Assembly (NCBI GenBank): GCA_947259275.1
Contig: CAMYMH010000005.1
Location: forward strand, 7,449 to 71,448
Direction of reading: 5' to 3'
Origin: an uncultured Acidimicrobiaceae bacterium
Lineage (GTDB): Bacteria; Actinomycetota; Acidimicrobiia; Spongiisociales; SHLN01
DNA length: 64,000 nt
A program made the position numbers and the translations under genes. Below are positions 1-8,767 of this stretch, one piece after another. The stretch's first letter is position 1; each line of letters begins with the position of its first letter. The notes under the pieces are model-generated. The model was given only the letters and a program-made list of their open reading frames with translations, was not told the origin of the DNA and ran no database searches.

Positions 1-177
1 GCATTCCCGGGCACACAGCATGCATACCGTGCAGGCGTCGGTATCGAGGGCGATGACACCCCGGGCGCGCGGAACCGGGATCTCCTTCTCCACCGGATAC
101 ATCACGGTTGGCGGCTTCTGGAACAGGGTCTTGAGCGTCAGCCACATTCCCTTGACGAGCCCCTGGCCGCCGGCCAT
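1..177 (-). CDS. nuoI: NADH-quinone oxidoreductase subunit I-like (4Fe-4S ferredoxin), 5' portion only; gene continues beyond window start
   Basis: Reverse complement of 1-177 translates to MAGGQGLVKGMWLTLKTLFQKPPTVMYPVEKEIPVPRARGVIALDTDACTVCMLCAREC. This has the NuoI-type N-terminus and a CxxCxxC ferredoxin motif. Its ATG overlaps the nuoH stop (ATGA). Confidence 0.6.
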   Translation of the reverse strand, partial: MAGGQGLVKGMWLTLKTLFQKPPTVMYPVEKEIPVPRARGVIALDTDACTVCMLCAREC

Positions 178-1175
178 CAGAAAACCACCTTGAAGATGGC
201 CGTCACCATGATGTTGGCGAGGGCGAGAGGGACCAGCCACTTCCAAGCCATTGTCTGGAGCTGATCCTCTCGCATGCGAGGCCAGGTCCAGCGGATCCAA
301 ATCATGAGGAAGGCGAGCAGTCCGACCTTGGCGACCAGCACGAAGGGACCAAAGACGGTGGAGTCCAAACCCCAGAAGCCATAACCGCCGAGAAACAGCG
401 TGGCGGCAATCGCCGAGATGCTGAACACACCCGCGTACTCGGCGAGGAAGAAGGTGGTGAAACGGAAGCCGGAGTACTCGGTGAGATACCCCATCACGAG
501 CTCGGACTCGGCGATGGGGAGGTCGAATGGCGTGCGGTTCAGCTCGGCCAGGCTGGCGGTGAAGAAAATGCCGAACCCGATGACCTGGCCACCCACCAGG
601 TAGGGAACTCCCATGTCGATCTGGGCCTCGACGATCCCGACCATCGACAGCGTCCCGGCCTGAATGACGACACCGATCACGGCCAGCACCAGCGGGAGCT
701 CGTAGGCGATGATCTGGGCGGCCGCCCGCAGCCCGCCGATCAGCGAGTACTTGTTGCCCGAGGACCACCCTGCCATCAGCACGCCCAGGGTTGAAAGCGA
801 CGAGATGGCGAGCGCGAAGAAGATCCCGAGGTCGAGGTCGGCGGCAATCAGGTTGGGGCTGAACGGAATGATGACGAAGACGGCCAGCGTCGACACCATC
901 AGCAGGTAGGGGGCCAGCTTGTAGACCTGCCGGTCGGCGGCGGCCGGAACCAGGTCTTCCTTCTGGAAGAACTTGATGCCGTCGGCCAGCGGCTGCGCCC
1001 AGCCCCAGCGTCCACCGGCGAAGTAGGGCCCGACCCGGCTCTGCATGTGAGCCGAGATCTTCAACTCACCGAAGATGATGGGCAGTATGCCGGTGAGTAC
1101 CACACCCGTGATCGCCAGGATCTTGAGCGTCAGCAGCACGTAGAAGTTGATCTCGATCCCAACAAGCGACGTCAC
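177..1175 (-). CDS. nuoH: NADH-quinone oxidoreductase subunit H (paralog 1, 11-subunit-type cluster)
   Basis: 332 aa polytopic membrane protein with the conserved NuoH/ND1 N-terminal block (SAHMQSRVGPYFAGGRWGWAQPLADGIKFF...). Confidence 0.9.
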   Translation of the reverse strand: MTSLVGIEINFYVLLTLKILAITGVVLTGILPIIFGELKISAHMQSRVGPYFAGGRWGWAQPLADGIKFFQKEDLVPAAADRQVYKLAPYLLMVSTLAVFVIIPFSPNLIAADLDLGIFFALAISSLSTLGVLMAGWSSGNKYSLIGGLRAAAQIIAYELPLVLAVIGVVIQAGTLSMVGIVEAQIDMGVPYLVGGQVIGFGIFFTASLAELNRTPFDLPIAESELVMGYLTEYSGFRFTTFFLAEYAGVFSISAIAATLFLGGYGFWGLDSTVFGPFVLVAKVGLLAFLMIWIRWTWPRMREDQLQTMAWKWLVPLALANIMVTAIFKVVF

Positions 1176-1224
1176 TTCGTGACCTCAATTGTTGAGACCC
1201 AGGACCCGACTTGGGACTGATGGC

Positions 1225-2421
1225 TCATCGGTCCACATCTCCCAGCACGAAGTCCAGACTCCCCAACAACGCGATGATGTCGGGGACGATGAGGCCTTTG
1301 AGCGCCCACGGCAATATCGACAGGTTCGAGAACGAGGCGCTGCGGATCTTGAGCCGGTACGGGATGCGCCCGCCGTCGGACACGAGGTAATAGCCCATCT
1401 CGCCTTTCGGGTTCTCGGCCCGCACATAGGTTTCACCTTTTGGCACCTTGATCACGCGGGGCACCTTGGCCTGCAAGGGACCGCCGGGAAGATCGTCGAT
1501 GGCTTGATTAACGATGCGGGCCGCCTGGCGGACCTCTTCGACCCTCACCCGGTAGCGATCGAAGCAGTCGCCATTGTCGCCGGTGACGACGTCAAAGTCG
1601 TACTTGTGATACGGCAGGTAATCCTCGTGCTTGCGAAGGTCGAAAGCGACACCGGAAGCCCGCAGATTGGGCCCCGATACGCCGTAGGCGAGGGCCTGGT
1701 CGGCGGGTAATACCGCTACTCCCATGGTGCGAGCTTGAAAGATCTCGTTCCCGGTTACCAGGGTGTCGATGTCGTCACACACCTCGAGCACGTTGTCCAT
1801 GGCGGCCCGGGTTTCTGCCAGGAAGTTCTTGGGCAGGTCCTGGACCACTTTCTTCTGGGTGCTCCCTCCACCGGCTGCGGGCTTGACGCCGCCGATGCGG
1901 TTGAAGTTGGGATGGAAGCGCCCACCGGTTGCGCCCTCGATGAGCTCGAGCACATGCTCCCGCTCTCGCAGCGCATGCATCAGCGGAGTGGCCGCCCCCA
2001 GCTCCAGGGGGTAGGACGACATGAATACGAGGTGACTCGAGATGCGGGCCAGCTCGGTGAGGATGAGCCGAATCGACTGGGCACGCTCGGGGACCTCGAT
2101 CTCCATGAGTCGCTCGACGGCAACCATGAGGGGGATCTCGTTGGCGAAGCCCGAGACCCAATCGATCCGGTTCACGAGAGCCGTGATCTGCGGATAGGTG
2201 CGCACCTCCGACAGCTTCTCGTAACCGCGGTGCATGTACCCGATGACCGGCTCGACGTTGACGATCCGCTCGCCGTCGAGCTCGGCCACCAACCGGAGCA
2301 CTCCGTGGGTCGAGGGGTGCTGGGGCCCGATGTTGAGCGTCATACCCGGTGTCTGCAGCTCAACCGACACAGCCACTTCCGAGACATGAGCTGCCGCCCT
2401 GGGGTCGAGTGCCTGACTCAT
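1225..2421 (-). CDS. nuoD: NADH-quinone oxidoreductase subunit D (paralog 1)
   Basis: 398 aa with the NuoD/49-kDa signature LNIGPQHPSTHGVLRL. Its ATG overlaps the nuoC stop. Confidence 0.92.
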   Translation of the reverse strand: MSQALDPRAAAHVSEVAVSVELQTPGMTLNIGPQHPSTHGVLRLVAELDGERIVNVEPVIGYMHRGYEKLSEVRTYPQITALVNRIDWVSGFANEIPLMVAVERLMEIEVPERAQSIRLILTELARISSHLVFMSSYPLELGAATPLMHALREREHVLELIEGATGGRFHPNFNRIGGVKPAAGGGSTQKKVVQDLPKNFLAETRAAMDNVLEVCDDIDTLVTGNEIFQARTMGVAVLPADQALAYGVSGPNLRASGVAFDLRKHEDYLPYHKYDFDVVTGDNGDCFDRYRVRVEEVRQAARIVNQAIDDLPGGPLQAKVPRVIKVPKGETYVRAENPKGEMGYYLVSDGGRIPYRLKIRSASFSNLSILPWALKGLIVPDIIALLGSLDFVLGDVDR

Positions 2422-3281
2422 TCGGTCGCCTCGTCTTCCGGAGCGCCGGCCTCTGATTCTTCACTGGGGACTGGCGACTGGGGAGTGGGGACTTCGGCAG
2501 CGCCTTCGGCGCTGCTTGGGAGTTGCGCCGCAACTCCATCTGTGCGGTCGGCAGTCGGCGGTGGGCTGTCGGCTTGCTCTCCGCCTCCGGCATCTGCTTC
2601 TGGATTCTCATCTCCCTTGGTGGTGTCACCCTGGGGCATGGCCTGTTCCTGCGCATCGCCTGGCGGCGATGCTGAGGCTGCCGCCGCGCTTTCCGCGTTT
2701 TCTGTTGAGGGCATGTCTTCAACGTCCACCATGCCGGGCCATGGCTTGATTTCCCGGCTCAGCAGCGGGAACGTCTTGCGAAGCGGAAAACCCTCGAACT
2801 CGTCGGTCAGATAGAGCTTGCCGGAGTTGGGATGGCCCTCGAACTCGATACCGAACATCTCGGCGGCTTCCCGCTCGTGCCAATTGGCCCCTCCGTAGAC
2901 ACCGACCAGCGTCGGGAGCCGGGCGTCATCTTTCGGAATGTCGGTTGCCAGGGTGACGGCGTCGTTGTCACGGCCGCTCGACAGCCGTACGAGCACTTCG
3001 TACCGTTCCTCGACCGGGTCCTCGAGCGGCTCGCCGACCGCAACCTCGTTGCTCCAGTCGATGGCCGACAGAAATGAGAAGAACTCGAGGCCTGCCTCGT
3101 CGCGCACCGCTTCAACCGCCTCGACCCACCGGGAGCGGTCCACCCGCACCTTGGCGTTTCCGAAGTCGGCAGTCCAGGAGTCGGACCCGGCGATGCCCGC
3201 CACCCGCTCGGCCAGTGCCGCAATGCCGGCGTCGGCGACGGGCTCCGAAGCTGCGGTCTCGTCAGGCGTGCTGGTGGTCAC
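2418..3281 (-). CDS. nuoC: NADH-quinone oxidoreductase subunit C (paralog 1) with a ~95-aa acidic Pro/Ala/Glu-rich C-terminal tail
   Basis: Conserved NuoC/30-kDa core ([10 protein letters not shown]...[21 protein letters not shown]). The track ORF runs to 3389, but that stretch is Arg-rich and overlaps nuoB. The likely start is the GTG at 3279-3281, just downstream of the nuoB stop. Confidence 0.8.
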   Translation of the reverse strand: MTTSTPDETAASEPVADAGIAALAERVAGIAGSDSWTADFGNAKVRVDRSRWVEAVEAVRDEAGLEFFSFLSAIDWSNEVAVGEPLEDPVEERYEVLVRLSSGRDNDAVTLATDIPKDDARLPTLVGVYGGANWHEREAAEMFGIEFEGHPNSGKLYLTDEFEGFPLRKTFPLLSREIKPWPGMVDVEDMPSTENAESAAAASASPPGDAQEQAMPQGDTTKGDENPEADAGGGEQADSPPPTADRTDGVAAQLPSSAEGAAEVPTPQSPVPSEESEAGAPEDEATE

Positions 3282-3753
3282 GCTGGTTCCACTTCTCGCG
3301 AACGTCTTCGTTGGTGATCTTCTCCTGCAACAGCACAATGCCCTCCATGAGGGCCTCCGGGCGGGGCGGACAGCCGGGGACGTAGACATCCACCGGGATG
3401 ATCTGGTCGACGCCCTTGGTCACCGAATACGAGTCCCAATAGGGGCCCCCACAGTTGGAGCAGGAGCCCATCGAGATGACGTACTTGGGGCCCGGCATCT
3501 GGTCGTAGAGGCGCCGGATTGCCGGTGACATCTTGTCGGTGACCGTTCCGGCGACCACCATGAGGTCCGCCTGCCGCGGCGAGGCGGGCAGTGGAATGAT
3601 CCCGAATCGCATGAAGTCGTAGCGGGGCCCCGAAGCGGCCATCATCTCGATGGCGCAGCAGGCGAGCCCGAACTGGAAGAACCAGAGCGAGTACTTGCGG
3701 GACCAGTTGAGCAACCATGAGAGCGGCTTGGGAGCTCCGAACTTCTCGATCAC
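3262..3753 (-). CDS. nuoB: NADH-quinone oxidoreductase subunit B (paralog 1)
   Basis: NuoB/PSST motifs CCAIEMM and [11 protein letters not shown]. The GTG start at 3751-3753 overlaps the nuoA stop (GTGA). Confidence 0.88.
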   Translation of the reverse strand: MIEKFGAPKPLSWLLNWSRKYSLWFFQFGLACCAIEMMAASGPRYDFMRFGIIPLPASPRQADLMVVAGTVTDKMSPAIRRLYDQMPGPKYVISMGSCSNCGGPYWDSYSVTKGVDQIIPVDVYVPGCPPRPEALMEGIVLLQEKITNEDVREKWNQRDHQHA

Positions 3754-4193
3754 TCCCACTTGAGGACCCCTTTGCGCACGGCGTACACGAGGCCCATCAG
3801 CAGAATGGCGATGAAGATGAACATCTCCCACAGGGCAAAGGCTCCCAGCGACTCGATCTTGAGCGCCCACGGAAAAAGGAAGACGGCTTCGACGTCGAAT
3901 ATCAGAAAGAGCAGCGCAAACACGTAGTAGCGGATGTGGGTCTGGCTATAGCCGCCGCCGATTGGGTCGATGCCCGACTCATAGGTTTCGAGCTTGGCGG
4001 GCGTGGGGTTGCTCGGCCGAATGAGCGCTGCCAGGCCGAGCAAGCCTCCCACGAGAACTGCCCCGAAGGCACCGAAGGCGAGGACGGTCAGATATTGGTC
4101 AAAGTACTCCGACAACAACGCTCCTCGGCCTGCCGGGTGGGCGGACTGCGAGGAGTATAGGCGGCGGGGTACGGCCTCAAAAGCCACCCGCAA
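3750..4193 (-). CDS. nuoA: NADH-quinone oxidoreductase subunit A (paralog 1); true start probably downstream of 4193
   Basis: C-terminal two-thirds matches NuoA/ND3 (YESGIDP...[22 protein letters not shown]). Confidence 0.8.
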   Translation of the reverse strand: MRVAFEAVPRRLYSSQSAHPAGRGALLSEYFDQYLTVLAFGAFGAVLVGGLLGLAALIRPSNPTPAKLETYESGIDPIGGGYSQTHIRYYVFALLFLIFDVEAVFLFPWALKIESLGAFALWEMFIFIAILLMGLVYAVRKGVLKWE

Positions 4194-4275
4194 ATGGCTC
4201 CCGCGGGCAGTTTTGGCGCACCCGTGGCCCTCGCCCGCCCCGGTGGAGTGGAGCCGGATCTTCTAGCCTCCGACG

Positions 4276-5661
4276 ATGAACGAGGAGCATTACGCCGACA
4301 TATTCCGGTCGGTGCTCGGTGGTCGCAAGTGGATCATCGCCGTCGACGTCGCCGCTGCCGCTACCAGCACGGTTGAGTGGCTGAGAGAGCTGGGGGCACC
4401 CGATCCATTCGTCATCGCCGGCACGACCGGCACCGGCGACCTGCCGGCGCTCCCTCCCGAGAACATTGTCTTGCTGGGATCTGCCGGCGGTTCGATGATG
4501 GAGGCCATCCGCGAGTTCTATGCCGCCACCCACCGCCCCCTCCCGGCCGAGGTGCGCCGCCGGCTCGATGCCTGGGATCCCGACCACGAGGCGAAGGTGC
4601 TCGCCACCTTCCTGGATGAGGACCGCCCGATCGGGGGACGCCCCGAATTCGGCGCCCGTCCATCACACTGGATCGAGCTCGAGGACAAGCTGGTCATCGA
4701 CAGCCTCTGGGATGAGGTGGGGGTGGTTCACGCGCCGATGCGGATCATCGATGTCGAACCCGGCCAGATTGCCGGTGCCCTCGCCGAGCTGGACGACGGG
4801 GACGGCGTGGTGGTCACCGGTGACAATCGGCAGGGATGGCACGGCGGGGCCCAATACACGAAAGTGGTCAAAGCGCCGGCGGACATCGCCGAGGCGGTCG
4901 ACTTCCTGGGTGCGAGGTGCGATCGGGCACGGGTCATGCCGTTTCTGGTCGGGGTTCCGTGCAGCATCCACGGGGTGGTCTTTCCCGACTACGTGCTCAC
5001 GGTTCGGCCGGTCGAGATGGTGGTGCTCTACGAACCGGCCGGAAGGCGGTTCCGATATGCCGGGGTCTCCGGCTACTGGGATCCACCGCCTGCGGACACC
5101 GCTTACATGCGGGACATCGCGATCGAGCTCGGCGGGCATCTCCGCTCCACTATCGGATACCGCGGCACGTTCACCATCGATGGTGTCTTGACCGCCGACG
5201 GGTTCCTCCCCACGGAGTTGAACCCGCGAGCCGGAGGAGGTCTGCGAATTGTCACCCAGAAAGGCCCCAATGCCTTCGCGATTCACACCCTGCTGGTGGC
5301 CGGAGTCGAAGCCGACTGGCGGCCGCAGGAGCTCGAGAGGTTCTGGCGAGTCTCGTCACGGGAGCATCGAGTCGGCGGCGGCTCAACGATTGTCGATCGA
5401 CGCTTCGATGACTCTGAGGAGGTCCCGATCCGGCTCACGGGGGGCACCTGGACTCCGGCAACCGACCCGGAGGAGGCAAATGGAACCCTGATCCGCGGTC
5501 CGGCTGCAGCCGGCGGCTTCATCAGGATGAGCCTCGAGCCCGGCACCCTCGAACCGAGTGCGACCACTGCCCCGCTGGTGGCGGCCGCGTTCGCGCTCGC
5601 AGACAGGCTATGGGAAACCGGCATCGGTGAGATCGTGCCGGCCGCCGACGTCCGGACCTGA
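4276..5661 (+). CDS. ATP-grasp superfamily protein of unknown specificity
   Basis: 461 aa. The C-terminal half has ATP-grasp hallmarks: lysine-containing nucleotide-binding stretch (YTKVVKAP), a central E-rich strand, and the ELNPRAGGG metal-binding motif. No recognisable substrate domain. Confidence 0.55.
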   Translation: MNEEHYADIFRSVLGGRKWIIAVDVAAAATSTVEWLRELGAPDPFVIAGTTGTGDLPALPPENIVLLGSAGGSMMEAIREFYAATHRPLPAEVRRRLDAWDPDHEAKVLATFLDEDRPIGGRPEFGARPSHWIELEDKLVIDSLWDEVGVVHAPMRIIDVEPGQIAGALAELDDGDGVVVTGDNRQGWHGGAQYTKVVKAPADIAEAVDFLGARCDRARVMPFLVGVPCSIHGVVFPDYVLTVRPVEMVVLYEPAGRRFRYAGVSGYWDPPPADTAYMRDIAIELGGHLRSTIGYRGTFTIDGVLTADGFLPTELNPRAGGGLRIVTQKGPNAFAIHTLLVAGVEADWRPQELERFWRVSSREHRVGGGSTIVDRRFDDSEEVPIRLTGGTWTPATDPEEANGTLIRGPAAAGGFIRMSLEPGTLEPSATTAPLVAAAFALADRLWETGIGEIVPAADVRT

Positions 5662-5687
5662 GATGCACTCACTAGCTTGAGCCCGAC

Positions 5688-6785
5688 ATGTTCAAGCCAC
5701 CCGACTACGAGGGCGGCAGCCTCGTCAACCTGATGGCCGAGTTGGAAGGGCGCCTGGGCGGAACCCCGCTCTCCCCTCGGCTCCACCCGGCGCTGGCGGC
5801 GGCCATCCCCGAGGCCGCTACCTACGTGCTGGCGTTGTTTGACGGTTTGGGGGCGGCTCAACTCGATCACCCGGCTGCAACGCTCAGCGCCGACAGTGCC
5901 GGGCGGATCGACGCCCCTTTTCCGACCACGACCACCGTCAGCCTGGCCACCGCCGCCACCGGTTTGCCACCCTCCCAACACGGCCTGCTCGGCTACCAGC
6001 TGTGGATGCCTGAGGCCGGCCGAGTGGTCAACACCATAAAGTGGACCACGCTGTGGGGCGAGGGAGTGGATATCGACACGACCGCGGTGCTGCCGGGGCC
6101 CAACCTGTGGGAACGACTCTCTGCCGTCGGGGGCGAGCCGATCACCGTTCAGCCGGGCCACTTTGCCGGTTCACGGCTGTCGGCGGCCCTCTATCGCGGA
6201 TGCCGCTACGAGCCGGTGTTCACGGTTGACGAAGTGATCGCCGCCACCAGCGGCCTGGCCACCGAACCGGGCCGCCTGATCTTCACCTATGTTCCCCACG
6301 TCGACTTTGCGGCCCACGTGCATGGGCAAGACTCAGCCGAATACGCAGAATCGCTGCGGGTGGTGTCGGGCATCTGGGAGGGCGTCGCTCGCCGGCTCCC
6401 GCCGGGGGCCGTGATGGTTGGAACCGCCGATCATGGCCACGTCGACTTCGCCGAGCCACAGCGGGTTCGGATCCCCAAGCAGCTGGAGGATGACCACACC
6501 TTCTACGGCGACAGCCGGGTCATGTTCGTCCGCGGTGACGAGTCTCCCGCCTTTGCACCGCTCCCGGCCAGTTGGATCCGGGCCGAAGAGATGCAGGATT
6601 GGTGGGGACCGGCGCCCCGCCACGAATCATTTGAGAGCCGGGTTCCCGACGGCGTGCTGCTGGCAGACGACGACGCGGTGCTGCTTCACAGCCACAGCGA
6701 CAAGCGCCTCATCGGCCAGCACGGGGGCCTAACCGACGGCGAGCGCCAAGTGCCGCTGCTGGTGGCAGCAAGCAGTGAGCAGTAA
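5688..6785 (+). CDS. alkaline phosphatase superfamily protein (type I phosphodiesterase / nucleotide pyrophosphatase family)
   Basis: 365 aa with metal-site motifs in the canonical order: FDGLG, TTTVSLATAATGLPPSQHGLLGY, YVPHVDFAAHVHG, GTADHGH. Confidence 0.7.
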   Translation: MFKPPDYEGGSLVNLMAELEGRLGGTPLSPRLHPALAAAIPEAATYVLALFDGLGAAQLDHPAATLSADSAGRIDAPFPTTTTVSLATAATGLPPSQHGLLGYQLWMPEAGRVVNTIKWTTLWGEGVDIDTTAVLPGPNLWERLSAVGGEPITVQPGHFAGSRLSAALYRGCRYEPVFTVDEVIAATSGLATEPGRLIFTYVPHVDFAAHVHGQDSAEYAESLRVVSGIWEGVARRLPPGAVMVGTADHGHVDFAEPQRVRIPKQLEDDHTFYGDSRVMFVRGDESPAFAPLPASWIRAEEMQDWWGPAPRHESFESRVPDGVLLADDDAVLLHSHSDKRLIGQHGGLTDGERQVPLLVAASSEQ

Positions 6786-6886
6786 GAGTCCCCAATCCCC
6801 AGCCAGAAGGTGGACTGCGTTCCCGGCACGGTGGTCGTGCACCCCGTTCTGGCCTATTGCCTTCCTGTTGCCCGCTCCGCTATTGC

Positions 6887-8146
6887 CTACTGCTGCCCCC
6901 GTTCGTCGGCCTCTACCGAATCCTCCACAGGCGGTGGTTCCAAGCCGAGCAACTGGAGTCGGGGACCCATACCCCAGATGACGACCAATAGGTAGACGAA
7001 GAAACCCGCCAGCGGGATGATGCGCACGATCCGCCATCCGATGGCAGCCACGACGAACGACCCGATGGCCGCGTATCGATTCCTGGTGACCCGCCGGCCG
7101 AGCGCCGCCAACGCGGGAACGGCACCGGCAAACAGGCCGAAAACCCAGAAGCCGAACGCCAGCAATGCAATCGGGGCGAGGATGACGGTAAATAGAGACA
7201 CGACGGCCGCCACCGGAACCAGCACAAACAGCCCGAGCCCGACCAGAAACGACGTGGCCGACCGGGACCACGCCCGATCGGTTGCCCGGCGCGTCACCTG
7301 CGGGAACAGGTGGAACAAAAGGATTCCGGTGAAGAGCAGCCCGATGAATCGAAGCGCCTGAAACAGCAGCCGGAGTGCCCGCACCGAGAGGTCGGTGGGG
7401 ATGGGCTGGACCTCAGCAACCAGTCCGAGGTCGGCCGTTGGCGAGATATCGGTGCGAGCCGTCCAGCCCCGCACATTTTGGCCGATCAACCCCTGACGCC
7501 AGCTGACGGCCGACCCCACCACCGCCGAATCGGCAATCGTGAGCCGATGGATACCGACATCGATGTCTTCGGCCACGGTCCCGTCGACATACAGGCCCCA
7601 CAGCAATTCACCCCGCACCTCACCCCCGACCATTCCGGATTGGCGGGCCGATAAACCGGCCAGCAGCACATCGCGTCCGACCGTGCCGTCCACTTCCAGG
7701 CTGCGGGCGAAGGAAAGCACGTCATCGCCTACCGATCCGCCAATGTCGACCTCCCAGGCGGCGACCCGCACGCTGCCGCCGACCTCTCCCTGAATGTCGA
7801 CGCTCCAGGCGAGACCGTTGACGTCCCCTTCCACCACCCCGTTGATGATCAGATTGCGGGTAGTGACCGTGAGGTCGCCTTCGATCCGGCCCTCAACGAT
7901 CACCCGGGAGCCGGCGGCAAACAGGTCCTCCTCGATCACCCGGCCCGACTGCACTACCACCGTCCCGGACACGGAAATGGCTCCCACCGGCGCCGGGACC
8001 ACCAGGGCGGCAAGGAACGCAACGCTCAGGAGTGGAGCGGCGATGAAGGTGCGCTTCCGGTTCCCTCCCCCCGACGAGGGACGCTCACTCATCGAACACC
8101 CCCTCCGATCCTGTGGGCCGGCTCCACTGCGGTTTGGGTGCGACAC
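6887..8146 (-). CDS. membrane protein with N-terminal bactofilin-like (polymer-forming, beta-helical) repeats and a C-terminal polytopic TM domain
   Basis: 419 aa. Residues ~60-220 are repeated GxVxGD/VxGxV units. Residues ~270-400 form 4-5 hydrophobic helices. The likely start is the internal M (MSERPSS...) near 8092. Confidence 0.5.
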   Translation of the reverse strand: MSHPNRSGAGPQDRRGCSMSERPSSGGGNRKRTFIAAPLLSVAFLAALVVPAPVGAISVSGTVVVQSGRVIEEDLFAAGSRVIVEGRIEGDLTVTTRNLIINGVVEGDVNGLAWSVDIQGEVGGSVRVAAWEVDIGGSVGDDVLSFARSLEVDGTVGRDVLLAGLSARQSGMVGGEVRGELLWGLYVDGTVAEDIDVGIHRLTIADSAVVGSAVSWRQGLIGQNVRGWTARTDISPTADLGLVAEVQPIPTDLSVRALRLLFQALRFIGLLFTGILLFHLFPQVTRRATDRAWSRSATSFLVGLGLFVLVPVAAVVSLFTVILAPIALLAFGFWVFGLFAGAVPALAALGRRVTRNRYAAIGSFVVAAIGWRIVRIIPLAGFFVYLLVVIWGMGPRLQLLGLEPPPVEDSVEADERGQQ

Positions 8147-8760
8147 GCTGTGACCTCTGCGGCGGTTCGAGGTCGGTGGCTCTTCCTCCCCGCCCTGAGG
8201 GCGGGGAGGCTCCGCCTTGGCGGAGTCGGGGTGGGGGAGGCCTCGAAACCACCACTCACCAGGTCTTCAGGGATACGTGTCTCCCCCCATCCGTCCTCAG
8301 AGCTCGGCCGGGCTTCGCCCGGCTCAGGAGTTGCTTCGCAACTCCATAGGAACCCGAAGGGTTCCCGTCCCACCTTCCCCTCGAGGTGTCGCATTTCGCG
8401 ATAGGTGCGACACGACGGGAGGCCATCACCGGTTGGAGGTCGGTCGCTGTTGCTCCCCGCCCTGAGGGCGGGGTGGCTCCGCCGATAGGCGGAGACGGGG
8501 TGGGGGAAACCAGGAACCCTGCAGATCACTGGATTTGCCGGCATGAGTGTCTCCCCCCATCCGTCCTCGTCGCTGCGCTCCTCGGCCACCTTCCCCTCAG
8601 GGGAAGGAGCCAGAACACGAGGGGGAATCCTCGAAGGTGTCGCGCACAAACCGCGATAGATCACCTCGAGGGGAAGGAAGCAGCACGTGAGCGGAGCCCT
8701 CAAGAGTGTCGGACACCAACCGCGACACCTCTCCCTCCGGGGGAAGGGCGCGGGGCCGGG
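8128..8760. repeat. tandem array of 2 full and 1 degenerate ~270-bp complex repeat units built from perfect GC-rich hairpins
   Basis: Direct repeat of ggtgcgacacg...ctccccgccctgagggcgggg(a/t)ggctccgcc...ggcggag...ggggtggggga...ccccccatccgtcctc...ccttcccctc(g)aggggaagg, starting at ~8138 and ~8409. Same family as the copies at 13985-14120 and 24920-25145, in the opposite orientation. Confidence 0.75.
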
Positions 8761-8767
8761 GAGCCGC

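Noticed and set aside
2395-2425. Apparent one-base discrepancy near 2400 between my reading of the printed sequence (ccctggg) and the ORF-track translation (needs ccctgggg) at the nuoC/nuoD junction; considered as a possible frameshift or pseudogene
   Set aside because: The ORF track is internally consistent: the nuoC stop at 2418-2420 and the nuoD ATG at 2419-2421 give an ATGA overlap. Both proteins are full length and conserved, so this is most likely my transcription error, not a real lesion.
8128-8760. Possible CRISPR array
   Set aside because: Units are ~270 bp complex palindromic modules without the short constant-repeat and unique-spacer organisation. No cas genes are present.
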